Source of the DNA: Enoplolaimus lenunculus
Taxonomy: Eukaryota
Reading direction: 5' to 3'
Assembly: GCA_030248215.1 (NCBI GenBank)
Contig: JASANG010001414.1
Coordinates: 310,001-374,000, forward strand
Length of the DNA stretch: 64,000 nucleotides
How positions within the stretch are numbered: position 1 is the stretch's first letter; the number at the start of each line of letters is the position of its first letter. The notes under the pieces are model-generated. The model saw nothing but the letters and a program-made list of their open reading frames with translations, did no database searches and had not been told where the DNA came from. This document shows positions 63,927 through 64,000 of this stretch, piece after piece. The position numbers and the translations under genes were made by a program.

Positions 63927-64000
63927 CACTGCAAAAAATGATGAGTCAAATTGACTCCGAAATAGGCTCTACGGGACTACACAAACTGAGTCAAATTCGA
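63927..64000. mobile_element. CACTGCAAAAAA MITE copy truncated by window end
   Basis: Left TIR after TA. Confidence 0.8.

Overview
AT-rich, intron-containing animal genomic DNA. It is nematode-like by inference, because degenerate TTAGGC/GCCTAA arrays are abundant. The right half holds four spliced host genes: a stomatin/band-7 (SPFH) gene (+, ~33402-38856), CHCHD4/MIA40 (+, 42241-44772), and two tandem SLC41/MgtE-type Mg2+ transporter paralogues (-, 47907-51075 and ~56424-60182) with identical intron positions. I found no confident host gene in the left 33 kb. The whole window is dense in non-autonomous DNA transposons: (i) GGCC-terminated MITEs with 8-bp TSDs (Merlin-like) that carry telomere-type TTAGGC arrays, and in one copy a 9-bp satellite instead; (ii) CACTGCAAAAAA palindromic MITEs with variable 2-bp TSDs (CACTA/EnSpm-like), rich in TGA(C/G)TCA motifs; (iii) TA-flanked CTGTAGTGACCCGAATAAG elements (Tc1/mariner-pogo-like); (iv) several hAT-like 8-bp-TSD elements; and (v) two tRNA-derived repeat families. 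The main structure is a ~7.1 kb degenerate CACTA/EnSpm-like element (8411-15546). It splits one telomeric MITE in two and carries a spliced, pseudogenised zinc-finger plus ORF2-like gene that the ORF track mostly misses. All family assignments come from reading the sequence and recalled motifs; no database search was run.
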